Source: Bilabrum cf. latius | Lineage: Eukaryota | DNA length: 64,000 nucleotides | Assembly (NCBI GenBank): GCA_965178125.1 | Contig: OZ237747.1 | Span: forward strand, 682,001-746,000 | Reading direction: 5' to 3' | In this document: piece by piece, positions 23,784 through 36,636 of the stretch | Layout of the letters: each line of letters begins with the position of its first letter | How positions within the stretch are numbered: the stretch's first letter is position 1 | Position numbers and translations under genes: made by a program | The notes under the pieces: generated by a model | Database searches by the model: none | Seen by the model: the letters and a program-made list of their open reading frames with translations, nothing else | What the model was told of the DNA's origin: nothing

Positions 23784-26700
23784 ATGCGCAGTTCCGTTCC
23801 GGGAACTCTACGGAGTTGGCAGACTGAGTACGACCAGAAATATGACGATAAGATGAAAGATAATGCAGGGGCAAGTGGGACGTCAGTCTCAGACCCGCGG
23901 TCAGCCGCAGCCGCATCGACAAGAACCGCGTCGCAAGGTGCGCGGCAGGGATCGGCTGCTGACGGCTGGTACGATGAAACGGAGCCTCCGAGCGAGTACG
24001 GTGGCGTAATGATGGGAGATGCTAGCTTCGATGCGGGTACAAGTGGTTAGATCGACGGCGGGGCAGAGCAAGAGAGCAAAGACGCAACACCGCCGCGTCG
24101 CAACGCAGCAGCGGCTGCCGCCGTTCGGGCCAGCCTTTAGCAGACGCCTGAACCCAGACCGAAACCACCAGTATCAGCAGACATCGGCAACGGGTACCCG
24201 AGCGCAGCGTACGGCCCGTCCCGGGATGAATACCGCCCTCGCGGCCCGGAGGCCGGGGCCGGTGCTCGCCCCGGCCCTCTCTCAGACCACGAGTTCGTGC
24301 ACCTGGTGTCCTCCCTGAGAGCCCTCGGGTACGACGAGCCCGCGGACAGGGAGAGCGCGCCCCTCCTGCAGAGGCTGCTGGACGACCTGGTTGCAACCAC
24401 GGAGACCTACGAGGCCGTGCGCCAGAGGGCCGAGCGAGAGGCCTCGCTCAAGGAGGAGGGCGCCGCGGCGCTGGTTCCGCTGCAGACGGAGTGCGCCCGG
24501 CTGGTGCGTGAGAACAACCAGCTGCACCTGGAGCTCGTTCGCTAGAAGGAGCAGTCGGCCCAGCGAGGGCTGCGCGAGGAGGTCCAGGCGGGGCGCATGC
24601 GTGACGAGCTGACGACGCTTCGGTTCGTGGCCAAGCGCCAGAAGGCCGCCCTCAAGAAGGCGGAGCGCAAGGGGAGGCGCATGATGGCTCGCATCCACCT
24701 GCTTCGGTCCGACGAGGAAACCGCCGAGAGGCTGGGGCTCACAGGAGAGGGCAGCGAGGGGCTTGACGACTCCGAGTCCGAGTCCGAGGGCGACGACGAC
24801 GACGAGGGGCGGCGGGAAGAGGGGGAAGAGGGGGATGACTTTGACCCATTCGCAGAGGCAGACGCGCTCGCTGGTGTCAGGCGAGGGCGCGACGACGAGG
24901 ACGGGCCTCTCGGTGCGAGCGATGCCTCAGACCGCAGCGAGGGCGGGCCCATGGACCCCATGGCGGGGACCATGCGGCGCCCCCTGGGCAGCATGCTGCG
25001 CGGGAGCAGGACCGGCCTGGGGAACAGCAGGCCCCCGCACCGGCGCGCGCCTGGCTCGGACAGCGCCGAGGAGATGCAGGCGGAGCTGGAGGCGCTCAGG
25101 CAGGCCCTCGAACTGAGCAAGGGGGAGGTGGCCAGGGCACACAGAGCGCTGGAGGCCGCGGCGGAGGGCACCCGGGCCGCGGAGGGTGCAGCGCACGGTG
25201 CTGCTGCCGCGACGGCGGCGGCCGCTGCGGTGGTGGCAGCAGGCCGCGGCCATGACTGGTCACGCGGCGGCGCCCAAGGCGCCTCTGCTGCTGGGGGCCC
25301 TGCAGGACCAGAGGCCGAAGAGGCAAAGGCACGGGCAACCCGCCTCGAGGTGGAGTGCAGGTCGCTCAGGGAACAAGTGAGGGCCCTGGCGGATGAGCTG
25401 CGCGTGCAGGGCGGGGGCAGCTTGCTGGGTGGCGGGCCCGGATCCAGCAGGCCAGGACCAGGACGTGGATCTGGCAGCGCGGCCGCCCTGAGGTACAGCG
25501 GTGAGGCCAGCCCCAGCCGGGACGTGCAGACGCAGCGGCTGACGGCTGCGCTGGCGGCAGAGAGGCATCGAGCAGAGGAAGCAGAGAGGGAGCTGGACGC
25601 AGCGCGCACCGAGCTGCTCGCCGTGAGGTCGGGGGCCGTGTCAGCGGACGGGTCTGGCTCTGGGTCTGGCTCTGGCTCTGGATCTGGCGGTTCTTCGGGC
25701 ATGGGTGGTGCCGATGCGTCTGGGAGCGGGTCCAGCCGCGGAGGCCGCAAGAATGCCGTCGACGAGGACGAGGACGATGACCTGGCAGGGGAGGCCGACA
25801 GAGTGGCGGCATCGAGGGCCAGGGCTGCAGCCGTGGCCGCGCTGGCCGCCGCCAGGGACGAGGCGGAGGCTGCGGCACAGCGAGCCGCTGCCGCGCGCGG
25901 TGAGGCTGCTTCGGCCCGGGAGCGGGCGGCCCGGCTCGAGGAGCAGGCGAGGGAGGCGAAGGCGGCGAGGACGAGGGCAGTCGCCGAGGCCCGGGCCGCT
26001 GTTGAGGCGCTCACCACGGCTCGCGCAGAGCTTGAGGGGGAGAGGCACGGCCGCAGGTCAGCGGAGGCGAGGTGCGCCGGGCTGGATCGCGCGCGGCAGG
26101 AGCTCGAAAGAGACGCCGCGCAGGCGCGTCAGGCGGCCCGGAGGGCCGAAGAGGAGCTGGAGCAGGAGAGGAGAGCCAGGCTCAGCGCGGAAGAGGCCGC
26201 GGAGGAGGGGGATGCCGGGGCAGCGGCCGTGAGGCGCGAGCGGGACTCGCTGCGGGGCCGGACGACGGCACTGGAGGAAGAGAGGGACGCAGCGCGGCGC
26301 CGCGCAGACGATGCGGAACAAGAGGCGAGGGAGTGGCGGGAGCGCGCCGCTCGCGCGGCGGAGGAGGAGCAGGAGGCTAGGGAACACAAGGCCGAGTCGG
26401 AGGCCGCCACCGCCGAGGCCCGCGCCCAGGAGCAGCGCTGGAGGGCGCATGCCGCGGACGCAGAGGCCAGGGCACGCAAGGTGGAGGAGGAGCTGGCGCA
26501 CCGAGAGGCCACCGGGGGCGACCTGGGCTACGTCCCCGGGAGGGGTCCCGCGGACGGCAGACAGGACAGGGAGGTGGAGGACGACGGCACTCCGGATGCC
26601 ATCGCCAGCGCTGCCGTCCTCCGGAGCAGGCTCTCGGGCGCGAGGGAAGAGGCAGCCAGGCTGCGGGCCCGGGCTGCTGCAGCGGATGCGAGGGCGAAGG

Positions 26701-29273
26701 ACGCCGAGCAGGCGGCTGCGACGGCCCGGGAGCGGCGGGACCTGGCGACGAGCAGCCAGCGGGAGGCTGCTGCGCGGGCCCAGGAGTGCGAGAGGGCCAT
26801 CGTGGAGGAGAGGCACATGCGGTCGGAGGCGGAGCGGACCGCGCGGGAGGCCGAGGCGGGCCGCAGGCACACCGAGTCGCTGCTGCAGTCCGCGAGGAGG
26901 GCGCTGGAGGCCAGGGAACAAGCCAACGAGGGCGAGGGTGCCCAGCGCTCCGCCGAGATCGCCGCCCGGGCCGCCGCGGAGCGCCGGGCGGCCGCTGCCG
27001 ACGCCAGGGCGGGCGAGGCCGCCGAGGCCCTGAGGCAGGCCCAGGCCGCCGCCGAGCACGCCGAGCGTCGCGCAGCAGACGCCGAGTCCCGGGCCTCGGC
27101 CGCCCTGAAGGAGGCCTCCGAGGCGCAGGCCATCGCGGGGGAGGCGAGGGCGGCTGCGGCGCGGAGCGAGGCGGCGGCGGAGGCAGAGCAGGCCGCTCGG
27201 CAGCGCACCGCCAAGCAGCTGGAGCGGGCCGAGGAAGCGGTGACGAGAGAGGCCGCGGGCAGGGCACAGGCAGTGCGGGAGCGGGACGCGCTCGCCCAGC
27301 TGTGCGAGAGGTCCGATGCGTCGAGGCAAGAGGCGGAGCGGTCCGTGGAGGAGGCCGCGGGGGCCGTGGAGCAGTGGAGGAAGCGGTGCGACGAGGCGGA
27401 AGAGGCCCTGCATGAGGCCAAGGGGAGGGCTAGGGAGGCGGAGGAGGAGGCGCAGGCCGCCAGGAGCGCTCTGGCGGGCAGGGACGCAGCGGCGGATGAC
27501 GCGACCAGCAGAGCCGAGGCGGAGCTAGAGGCGGCTAAAGCGGCGCAGAGGCGCGAGGCGGACGCCCGGGAGGCGGCGCGCAGGGTGGAGGCCCGGCTGG
27601 AAGACGCGGAATCGAGGCTGAGGCAGGCGGCCCGCGACATCAACGCGCGCGACAGGGCCAACCAGGAGCTGAGGAGGGCCCTTGCCGAGCAGAGGGAGAG
27701 GGCGGCCGCTGCTTCCAACGAGGCGAGGGAGAGGGCGGCCGAGGTGGAGAGCACCGGGAGCGACATGCACGCGCTAGTGAGGCAGGCCCAGCAGCTGACC
27801 GCAGAGGCCAGTTAGGAGAGGCGGAGGAGGTCCGAGGCAGAGGCCGCGCTGGAGCAGGAGGCTGCAAGATCGGCGGCCCTGAGGCAGCGGCTGAGCGACG
27901 CGTCCAGGGAGAGGGGCCAGCTGGAGGCGGCCTTCCGAACGGCGTGCGAAGAGCGGTCCGCGCTGCTTGCACGGTGCGAAGCCGCGGAGAGCCTTCGAGC
28001 CGACATCGAGAGGCGAGCGGCGCGCGCTGCCAGCGGTCGTGCGCACGCCGAGGAGGCTGCCCAGCAGCTGGAGGCGGCGCTGCAGGACGAGAGGATGGCG
28101 AGGCACGCGGCGGAGAGCGCCAACGAGAGGCTGAGCGCAGCCCTAGGGGACGCGAGGGGTCAGCTGCAGGGCGTGGCTGCGGGGATGGGCGAGGGCGGGA
28201 GGGAGCAGCAGCGGGCCGGCGCCACGCCCACGCAGCTGGTGGAGGCGGCGGCGCACGCCCGGGAGCTTGCTGCTGCTCGGCAGGAGGTGGAGCGCTGGAG
28301 GGCGTCGTGGGAGGAGAAGAGGGAGGAGTGCCAGCGGATGCAGAGGGCGGTGCGGGAGCTGCAGCTGCGGTGCGCCTCTCTGGAGCGGGTATGCGCCGAG
28401 GAGCGCATGCGGAACATCACGGCGCCGCGCGGTTTCGGCGGCGGGGTTGCTCCTGTCGACACAGGCCGGGGGGACGTGGGCGACGTGGACCGGTCCGGGT
28501 CAGGATCGGAGCACAGCGGCGGTCATGGCAGCAGTCACGGGCGGGTGGGTGGCTCCCAGGGCGGGTACGGGGACGGTGCAGATGCTGCCGAGGGCGATGA
28601 CGTGGCATCCGTGCCCATGGTGAGCGCTGACGTCCATCGATTCCTGGATGAGGAGGACGACGAGGAGGACGAGCAGGGGGCGGGGTCTGCTGGGCAGCGC
28701 GCCGGTGGCACGAGAGTCGGGGTGTCGATCCGCATGTCCAGGGACAGGGACAGGAACAGGGGTGGGGGTGGCGGTGGAAACCGGCAGGGCGATCTTGCCG
28801 GGTCGGAAGGATCCCAGGGAACAAGCGGGTCGGACGGCGTGGGCCAGGACCAGGACCTGCGCGGGGCTGCGCGAGCCCTCGAGGGTGTCGGCGGCAGCGG
28901 CAGGCGCAGCGGTATGACGAGTGGTTCTGCAAGTGTGACGAGTGAGAGGGATCGGTCGTCTCGATCCCGGATCGGCGTGTCTCACGGGCGCGGTCCCGGC
29001 GGGGCGACGGACGGCGCAGCGGGGTCGCGGCCCAGCACCGCCTCGAGCAGCGGCGGCAAGGGGCGTGGGGCCGGTGAGGCCGGTGCGAGGGCGGGTCACC
29101 AGGGACTTGACGCGAGCGAAGACGGGGAGGGTTCCCTGGCATCGTTCGAGAACGAGCTGGGAGAGGCTCTGGGGGCCGGATACGGTCGTGATGGCGACGA
29201 AGACGGCGAGGGCGAGGGATTAGGCGAGGACGGGGAGGACAACGACGATATGGATCAAGACGAAACGGAGTAA
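23784..29273 (+). CDS. CEP135/BLD10-like centriolar coiled-coil protein (4 in-frame TAG; ends in TAA)
   Basis: LRALGYDEPADRESAPLLQRLLDDLVATTE...PLQTECARLVRENNQLHLEL matches the CEP135 N-terminal signature (LGY..L..E..PLV.KLF.DLVHTTE...ENARL.RENN.L.LEL) and is followed by a long A/E/R-rich coiled coil. TAG at 24048, 24138, 24543, 27813; TAA at 29271-29273. Alternative start at 23853. Confidence 0.75.
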
Positions 29274-29633
29274 AACCGCGGTGCTAATGGGCGCAGTCTG
29301 AGCTACCTGTTGGTGCGTGTTGGCCTGTGACTGCTATCAAATTTGCTATTTTATCGATGCCCCTGATGACGTTCGTTCGGTGATGAAATCTGGATTTACT
29401 GGCTTGCAAAAATGCACGCAACCTCGAGTTGCACCTCGATCCTCCATTTGTCTCATTTTCAAGCTGAATATAAAGCCTAGAGGCTCACTGAGAAGACATT
29501 TATACTCTCTGTAAGATTTCATGGCGATGTGGTCCACGATTTTACTTCCTCCTGCCCGATTTCTAGCAATTTTTTGGATGCTCGATCGCATCACGAACTC
29601 TTCGACATTTCATGAGCATGACCAGCGCAGGTA

Positions 29634-32600
29634 ATGTCGTCCGTGCGAGCAGCGGCCCGAAAATGCCGACGGTCTGGCAGTAAGGTGGCAGCAGCGTTGT
29701 CGCAACTGCTCCCTAAAAGGTCGAAGGCGATCCACGAGGGAATCGTGGGGACATGCAGTGGATCAAGCTATGGCTCTGGGAACGGGAGCTCGAATCGGAG
29801 TGAAGCTGGAATGCCCTTTGGACTGTATGCATCGTTAGCCGCTGCGGCAGCAATTGGCTCCACTGGAACAAGCACTCGATCGCAGGGAGAGGATTTTGAT
29901 GTTGAATCTGTGCGAGCTGCAGAGCTCATGCTGCAGCGCGCTGCAGAGCAGGCTGAGTCTGGTGCACATGATTCTTCTCGAATTGGTAGCGCCTCCTTAT
30001 CACCTGACGGGGCTTTTGTAGCTGAACGGTCGGAATTTTTCTCTGCGGCAGTGGCCACTGCGAAGCGAACCGCATCGGAGCGGCAGTCCGCAGAGGCAGC
30101 CCGGCTGATGCGGCAGTCATCGAGCCCTACCGTTTCAAAACGGGAGGCCTGGACTCTGTAGAACAAAGCTGATGCGCTTGCGAAGGAGGCGGCCGCACTA
30201 GCTGCCGTGGAGCGGTCGAGTCGGGGGCCGTCCAGTGCACTCGTCACAGCCTTTCGGCAAGGCGAGCACGCGGCCATGCTTGCCATGTAGAAGCGTCTCG
30301 AAGCATCGAACGCAACCGCTGCTGGATCTGCCTCCGTAGCAGCAGACGCTTCCGAGCTGGGGGACGCTGGGATCGCAGCCGAGCTCCGCAGACTCGGGGA
30401 GCTGCTCGCCGTCGCGGTTGCAACCGAGGAGGCGGCGGCCGCGAGGGATGCCGAGGCCAGGGCCCGCTTCTAGGACCGGCAGCGGGCCACGGCGGCCATC
30501 AGAGCAGAGAGGAGGGCCCACCGAGCCTCGCTCACCCGCGCCTCCCTGCAGGCCAAATTCGCGGCGGAGCAGGTTGAGAGGCACGTGGAGGAAGCCTAGT
30601 AGAAGGCAAAGGCGAGGGCGAAGGCAGAGGCAGACAAGCGGGTCGCGGCTCTCCGGGCAGTCCGGGCAGAAGCGGCGCTGGCAGCTGCTGCCGCCCAGCA
30701 GCTCTCGACTGCGGCGCAAGAGGCCTTGATTCGGGCTCGGCTGGGCGTGCTCGACACTGTGGCATCTGGGCTCGTGCGTCTGGAAGCCTCCATTTCCAAG
30801 GCGCGTGCGCAAAAGGAAGCGACTGAATCGATCGAGAAGGGCGTCGCGCTGGCGCTGGAGGACGCAGAAGCTGCTGCAGCCGCCATCAGCACCATCGTGA
30901 AGGCTGAGGCAGGCTCCGCCAAACAGGGGCGCCGCGCAGATTGGGCCGTCTTGCAGCAGGCTCTCGCTCTCATGGGAGCATCCCTGGATGGGGCGAGGCT
31001 GGGTGGGCTTGCCGCTGGGAGCAGGTCCGGCCCCGGGAGCGCGGCGCTGGGGGCACTGCAGTCTGCCGCGAGGCAGGCTCACACCCTGGCCGATGCGATC
31101 GGTGCCATGGCGGAGGCAGACGATGCCGCAGCGCTGGGAGCCACCAGCGCACGCGCTGCACTGGAGGCGCGTGCTGCTGCTGCCGAGCTGCGGGTAGGGG
31201 AACTGACGTCGTCCCTCCGGGAGGCACAGGCGCACGCTGCGATCGCCGAGCACGCGCTGACCATGTCAGAGGCCGCCCGCAAGAAGGAGGCCAAGGAATC
31301 GGCGAGGAGGGAGGGCGAGGCTGCCAGCAGGAGGCACAGGATCGCAGTGGCGTACCTTGAAGCAGCCGACGAGGCCGAGGCCACCAAGCGTGCTGCCGCC
31401 AGCGCTCAGAGCAAGCTTGAGGGGATGCTGGCCTCTGCCATTGAGGCTGGCAAGGAGCAGAAACTGGCCACTTGCAGGGAGCAGGGCAGGCGCATGCGAG
31501 CGGAGGCCGATTTGGAGGACGCAAAGCTGACGGAAGCTGCTGTCGAGCTGGTCGGGGCCAGCATCGGCAAGCTGATGGAGGCCTTCCAAACCATGCGAGA
31601 GGAGAAACAGGTGCAGCAGCAGGAGTCCAAGACGGAGGAGGGGACTATCGAGGCGAATGATGAGAAGGACTTGAAAGCTAATTCCAGCGCTGGATCCACC
31701 GGTGCCTAGCCAGCCCCCTCATCAGAGCCCAGTGACTTGGACTTGGCGCAGTCTGCCAGCAGCATGGCCTCTCTGCTGCAGTGGGCCGAGGACGTGGCGT
31801 CGCTTGCAGAGTCAGCCGCTCAAAAAGCGGATGATGACGTCAAGCAAGCGGAGCAACTTGCGGGCGCGCAGAGCAAGCGCGCGGAAACCGCCGAGGCAGC
31901 TGCGGCGGCAGCGATTCGAGAGCGCGACGCTGCAACGAACGGCCAGAAGCTCGCCCGGATTGCGCTGGGCAAGGCTCTCGACATGGTTGAGGCTGCAGAG
32001 CAGAACGAGAAGGCCTACCGAGCGCAAATCTCAGACAGTCTGGCAGACGCCGCGGCGGAGGCGGAGGAACTCCTGGAGATGATGATGGCTCGTGCAGAGG
32101 CCAAGGTGGAGAGGGAGGTGCTCGTGGGTCTTGACATGGCCTGCACCGGCCTCTGCGTCGCGGAAGACCAGCGGCAGCGGCTGGATGAGCTGTCTGCTCT
32201 CGGAGGAAGGCTGCTGGGCACGGCTGCCTCTAACTCGGATCTCGTGCATCGGCTGGATGAGGCCAGGAGGCAGGAGGCAGACGAGGCCGAGGCAAGGCTA
32301 GAGCTGGCCATTGCCGACCATGCGTCCGATGTTGCGGATGCCTTGTGGGCGCTTGAGAAGGCCGTCTCTCAGAAAGAGGAGGCCGTCGCAGCATTCGAGA
32401 TGTCGCGCATGCAGGCGCGCGCCCAGGCGTCAAAAACAGATGCTGTCATCGAGCAGCTCATTGAGGAGAAGCTCAAGTCGAATGCCACGATCAAGAAGCA
32501 CGAAGACGATGTCAAGAACAAGGACAGGCAGCTGGCCCAGGCAAGGTCTTAGGCAGATGCCGCTCGCGCCGAGCTGACCGAGGTGGCACTGCAGGTGGCG

Positions 32601-33386
32601 GCGCTGGAAGCGGCCAACAGCGACCTCCATTCCGTGACTGAGCTGGCCACCAACGTCGCCATGGAGCGTGGTAGGCTGCTTGAGGAGACGCGGGACCAGC
32701 TGTCCGTAGCCCAGAGCAAGCTTGCCGCGAGCGACGAGGAGGTCAAGCGGCTGCAGGGCTCCCTCGAAGCGATGGACGCGGAGGTGCAGCGCAGCAAGGA
32801 CGCGGTCAAGGGTGCCGAGCGTGCGCTGGATGCTGCGCAGAGCAAGCAAGACATGGTTGGGACTGGCGCCAACGACAGCAAGAGCTCAGCCGCTATCGCG
32901 CTGGCAACCCGAGACGACGGAGCCGTGCTCCAGGACGACATCTACGCTTCTGTCGTGGACGCCAACGCTGCCGTTGCACTCGAGGAGGCAGATGCCGCAA
33001 AGGCTGCCAGGTCGGCAGCCGAGGCCAGCCTCAAGCAGGCTGCCTACGACCGTGACGCTGCCCGGGCGGAAGTGTCTAGGCTTCGGGAGCGGCTGTCCAT
33101 CGCGATGCGGCAGCAGCAGCGGATTCGCAAGCGGCTCGAGTACGCCGTTTCGCAGGAAATCTCCCAGCGCAGCGCTGCGTAGGGCGCACTGCAGGCAGCC
33201 AAGGCGGCCCTCATGAAAGCAGAGCAGAGGGCGGAGGAGCTGGAGAGCCAGCGTGTTGAAGCAATGCACAAACGGTCTGTCACGACGACGAGGCCAAGGG
33301 CGGTCCCAGTCGCCGGTGGGGATGAAGACGGTTCAGTAGCTGCCATTGAGGCTGAGGGGTAGGCGGGTGCAGGCGGGCGGCAGTGA
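29634..33386 (+). CDS. About 1250-aa Ala/Glu-rich coiled-coil protein of unknown function (9 in-frame TAG)
   Basis: One frame runs through TAG at 30159, 30288, 30471, 30597, 30600, 31707, 32550, 33180 and 33360, with continuous coiled-coil composition across each TAG. TGA stop at 33384-33386. Confidence 0.75.
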
Positions 33387-33529
33387 TGGAAATTCCACTT
33401 TGGAATTGAGGTCGGGTGTATGGAAGCATGCAGATGCACAGCGGATTGCTTTGCTCTCGTACGCATCCGAAACGAGATGTGCACGATCTTCTTTTGTGCA
33501 AAATAGTCACCAGCAATATTACGCACTAT

Positions 33530-34474
33530 TCATAGCTTTGCCCTGCTGGGCAGAGTCCCGTAGACTGGCAGTGCAGACTTGTCTCCTCCCGGCGGCCCCA
33601 GCAGCGGCTTGTACACGAGCGAGCTGCCGCCATCGACAGCCCACGTCTGCGCCGTCACGTAGGATGATCCCTCCGACAGCAAAAACACAACGGCCGATGA
33701 TGTTTCTTCCACGGTCCCAAGGCGATTGCTTGGCAATACCTTCACGATTTCCGGCAAGAGAACATCTGCTGCGTCGCCGTAGTTTGCCATCGCCGACTCA
33801 GAATAGATGATGCCTGGTGCCACAGCATTCACTCGCACTCCTGCCGGGGCCCATTCGGCAGCAAGGGTTTGTGTCAGGGATACTACACCCGCTCTACTAG
33901 CTGCACTGTGAGCAAAGCCAGGGAATCCTGTGTTAAGCTCTAGCACGATGGACACGATAGAGCCGCCATGCTCGCTCATCCACTGCGTGTAGCATTCGCG
34001 ACACATAAGGAACGTTCCCACAAGATTCGTCTCAAGCACAGCGTGCATCCCATTCCGAGAAATGCTCTCAGCTGGGCAAATGTACTGTCCTCCGCCGTTG
34101 CCTACCAAGCCATCGATTCTGCCGAAAGCCTTCAATACGCCAGAGACGAACGCGGCACACTGCTCCTCCTTGCGAATGTTGAGCGCTTTCGCCATAAGTC
34201 TGCTTGAAACGGGTAAGGAGCCCAATGGGCCTTTGCGGGTATAGCTGGACTGCTCTGCCTAGAACTTCGCTCCTACAAGGTCCCGCCCGGCCTCTTCGAG
34301 GTTCGACAGCTTCCGACTTCCTATGGCCACACACCCACCAAGCCTGAGAATCTCGGAAGTGATCTATTTGCCTATTCCAGTTCCTCCACCTGTGACGATG
34401 AAAACTTTTCCCTTCAAGAGATCATCGCGAAAAACGCTTCGGTACTTGCCGCTCGCCTCACGGGCTCCTGCCAT
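33530..34474 (-). CDS. PECR: Peroxisomal trans-2-enoyl-CoA reductase-like SDR with PTS1 (-AKL); 2 in-frame TAG
   Basis: YRSVFRDDLLKGKVFIVTGGGTGIGK, NGGGQY, AHSAASRAG, AAEWAPAGVRVNAVAPGIIYS and a C-terminal AKL-TGA. The Rossmann motif is connected to the rest of the protein only through TAG at 34364 and 34259. Confidence 0.85.
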
Positions 34475-34661
34475 AGATAATTCAAAGTCAGCGAGCCAAG
34501 CTTTGACGAAATTAGGAGCGCGTAGCAACCCTTATCGCAAGACTAGCGCACTAACTTGCCGTTCTTGTGTGAATTAAAGCTTTGTGGAGGCAATTGCGAT
34601 TTGAGAATGAGAACCAATCCTTCTAATTCCGGCCGGGTCGAATGCGATTCATTTCGAAAGG

Positions 34662-36554
34662 ATGCGTATCATGAGTTTCGGACTATACACTGTGTTAGGG
34701 GGTTTCATCTATATTCACTCTGCTCTGGCAGTTTCAAACTGCACTTTCGTGTCAGGGGTCGAGTACTTCCACCAAGACATCGCGAAGATCGCAACCAACG
34801 ATCAGATCGGGTGCTGCAACGCATGCATGTCGCACAGCGGATGCTCACACTTCACATTCGAGCCATCTGAGACACATGAATCGCATGATTGTTACCTGAA
34901 GAGCGGAAACGCGACGGTGGAGTCAAAGACTGGCGCAATCTCGGGTTGGTGCAAAGCGTCACCTCCTGGCCCTGCCATCAATGTGTCAGTGTCACTTGCC
35001 GGTAGGTCTCCAATTAGCACAACTAGTGGGTACTTTGCAGGCTGGAACATCGATACAAGCGCGAACCGGGGATTCTTTGAGCGCGACATTGGGCCGAACA
35101 ATCCCGAACTGCAGTATCTTGCAGCGGAGCTGAAGCCATCCGTCCTGAGATGCGGCGGTACAGGCAACGACCACATTTCATACTGTGGTTTCAATTCATC
35201 CACCGCGTCATCAACTTTGGGATCTGACCTCTGCCTGAACACGACATGGTGGAACAACCTGGTCTCTCTCTCAAGCGCATCGGGTGCCCCGCTGGTGTTC
35301 GGCCTGAATCTGCTCCATCGCACGAGCGATGACGAATGGGACTCGTCACAGGCAGAAGCCCTTCTCAGGTACGCGCTCGCTCGCGGGCAGACGATCTGGG
35401 GGCTGGAGCTCGGCAACGAGGAGGACGACCATTTCTCAGTGGACGCAACGGTCGATGGATTCGTGCAGCTGCAGCAGCTTGTCACGAACCTCTACGGGGA
35501 CAAGTCTGCCAACCCACACGGCCTACCGGTGCCGAAACTCCTTGGGCCAGACCCACATTCCCTTCACAAGTCCTCTGGGCTGCCTTCTGATCATGATTTT
35601 CAGTTCTTGGTGCAGTTCGCCCAGTAGACCCAGAGCAAGCACCCGGGCATGATACACGCCTATACGCACCACGAGTACACCGAGCTGACGGCAGACGTCG
35701 CACTTGACCCTGAGTTCTTGGATAATACTTACGGCATCGGACGTCAAGTGGTGGAAGCCATCCGTGCAGCGGGCCGACAGGCTGTACTTGACGCAACTGA
35801 TGCAGCGCCCGGCTCAGCCCAGCAGCAGCCCGAGATATGGGCGGGTGAGATTGCCGGACACAACGGCGGTGGGGTGCCCGGATTCGCGGGGATGCTGAGG
35901 CATAGCTACTGGTACGCTGATGCGCTGGGTGCGAAGGCAAAGGCTGGATACGGAGCGGTGTGTCGACAGGACCTCATCGGAGCTTCGTACGGTCTGCTGT
36001 CGGACTCGTTCGAAGCTGGCGAGGGGACACAGGCAATCCAGCACACTGCTTTGCGGGGCCAATTTGGTGCATAGACCACGCCAGGCGTGTCACCCATTAC
36101 GGTGCATCCTGATTATTGGGTCAATCTGGTGTTCAGTCGCGTATTGGGGACAGACGTGTTCAACGCAACAGTGGCGCAAGACGACTCCATGCAAGCAGCA
36201 GCCACTGGCAGTGGCACCGGGGGGTACCTGCGGGCCTACGCGCACAGCTGCGCCGGCAGCACCGATGCGGCGTGCCTTGCGCTCCTTCTGATCAACGTCA
36301 ACCAGGAGCAGGACTATAGCGTCCAGCTGCCTGAACAGCAGCAGGATAGTGCCGGACAGTGGAAAGTGTGGGCGCTGGGACAGGCAAGCGGCGCGGGTCT
36401 AGACTCCCCGCGGATAGCTCTCAATGGTATCGAGCTGGTTCGGTCCACTGACGGTAAGCTGCCATCGGCTGACCCAAAGGTGCTCGCGCCACCACCGTCC
36501 TCTGGTCGGTTGCTGGTACCCGCCACTTCGATCGTTTTTGTTTAGATCAGCTGA
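34662..36554 (+). CDS. Secreted heparanase-like glycoside hydrolase (GH79-like) with an N-terminal PAN/Apple domain; 3 in-frame TAG
   Basis: Signal peptide; PAN-like CCNACMSHSGCSHFTF..CYLKS; LRCGGTGND, FGLN, WGLELGNE (acid/base), YTHHEY, IWAGE (nucleophile), WYADALG, RQDLIGASYGLL, PDYW and LRAYAHSC. TAG at 35625, 36072, 36543; TGA stop at 36552-36554. Confidence 0.85.
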
Positions 36555-36636
36555 CTGTGATGAACCACTTCGATGTGAATTGAAATTTGGACAAGCAAGT
36601 ATTTGTAGGACAAGCAAAGCCGTCACCGCACATCGA

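Noticed and set aside
25650-25690. Hexamer runs (tctggc; also ccagat at about 16160-16185) as CRISPR or satellite repeats
   Set aside because: They are simple coding repeats for Gly-Ser linkers, with no spacer structure.
24542-27766. Long antisense and off-frame ORFs (e.g. 24542-26017, 26058-27413, 26528-27766; also 105-680 and 6683-8152)
   Set aside because: These are shadows of GC-rich coding sequence on the opposite strand, with no recognisable motifs.
2237-34474. A peroxisomal gene cluster (PEX2, SDRs, PECR)
   Set aside because: The genes are about 30 kb apart with unrelated genes between them, and the two tandem SDRs lack a PTS1.
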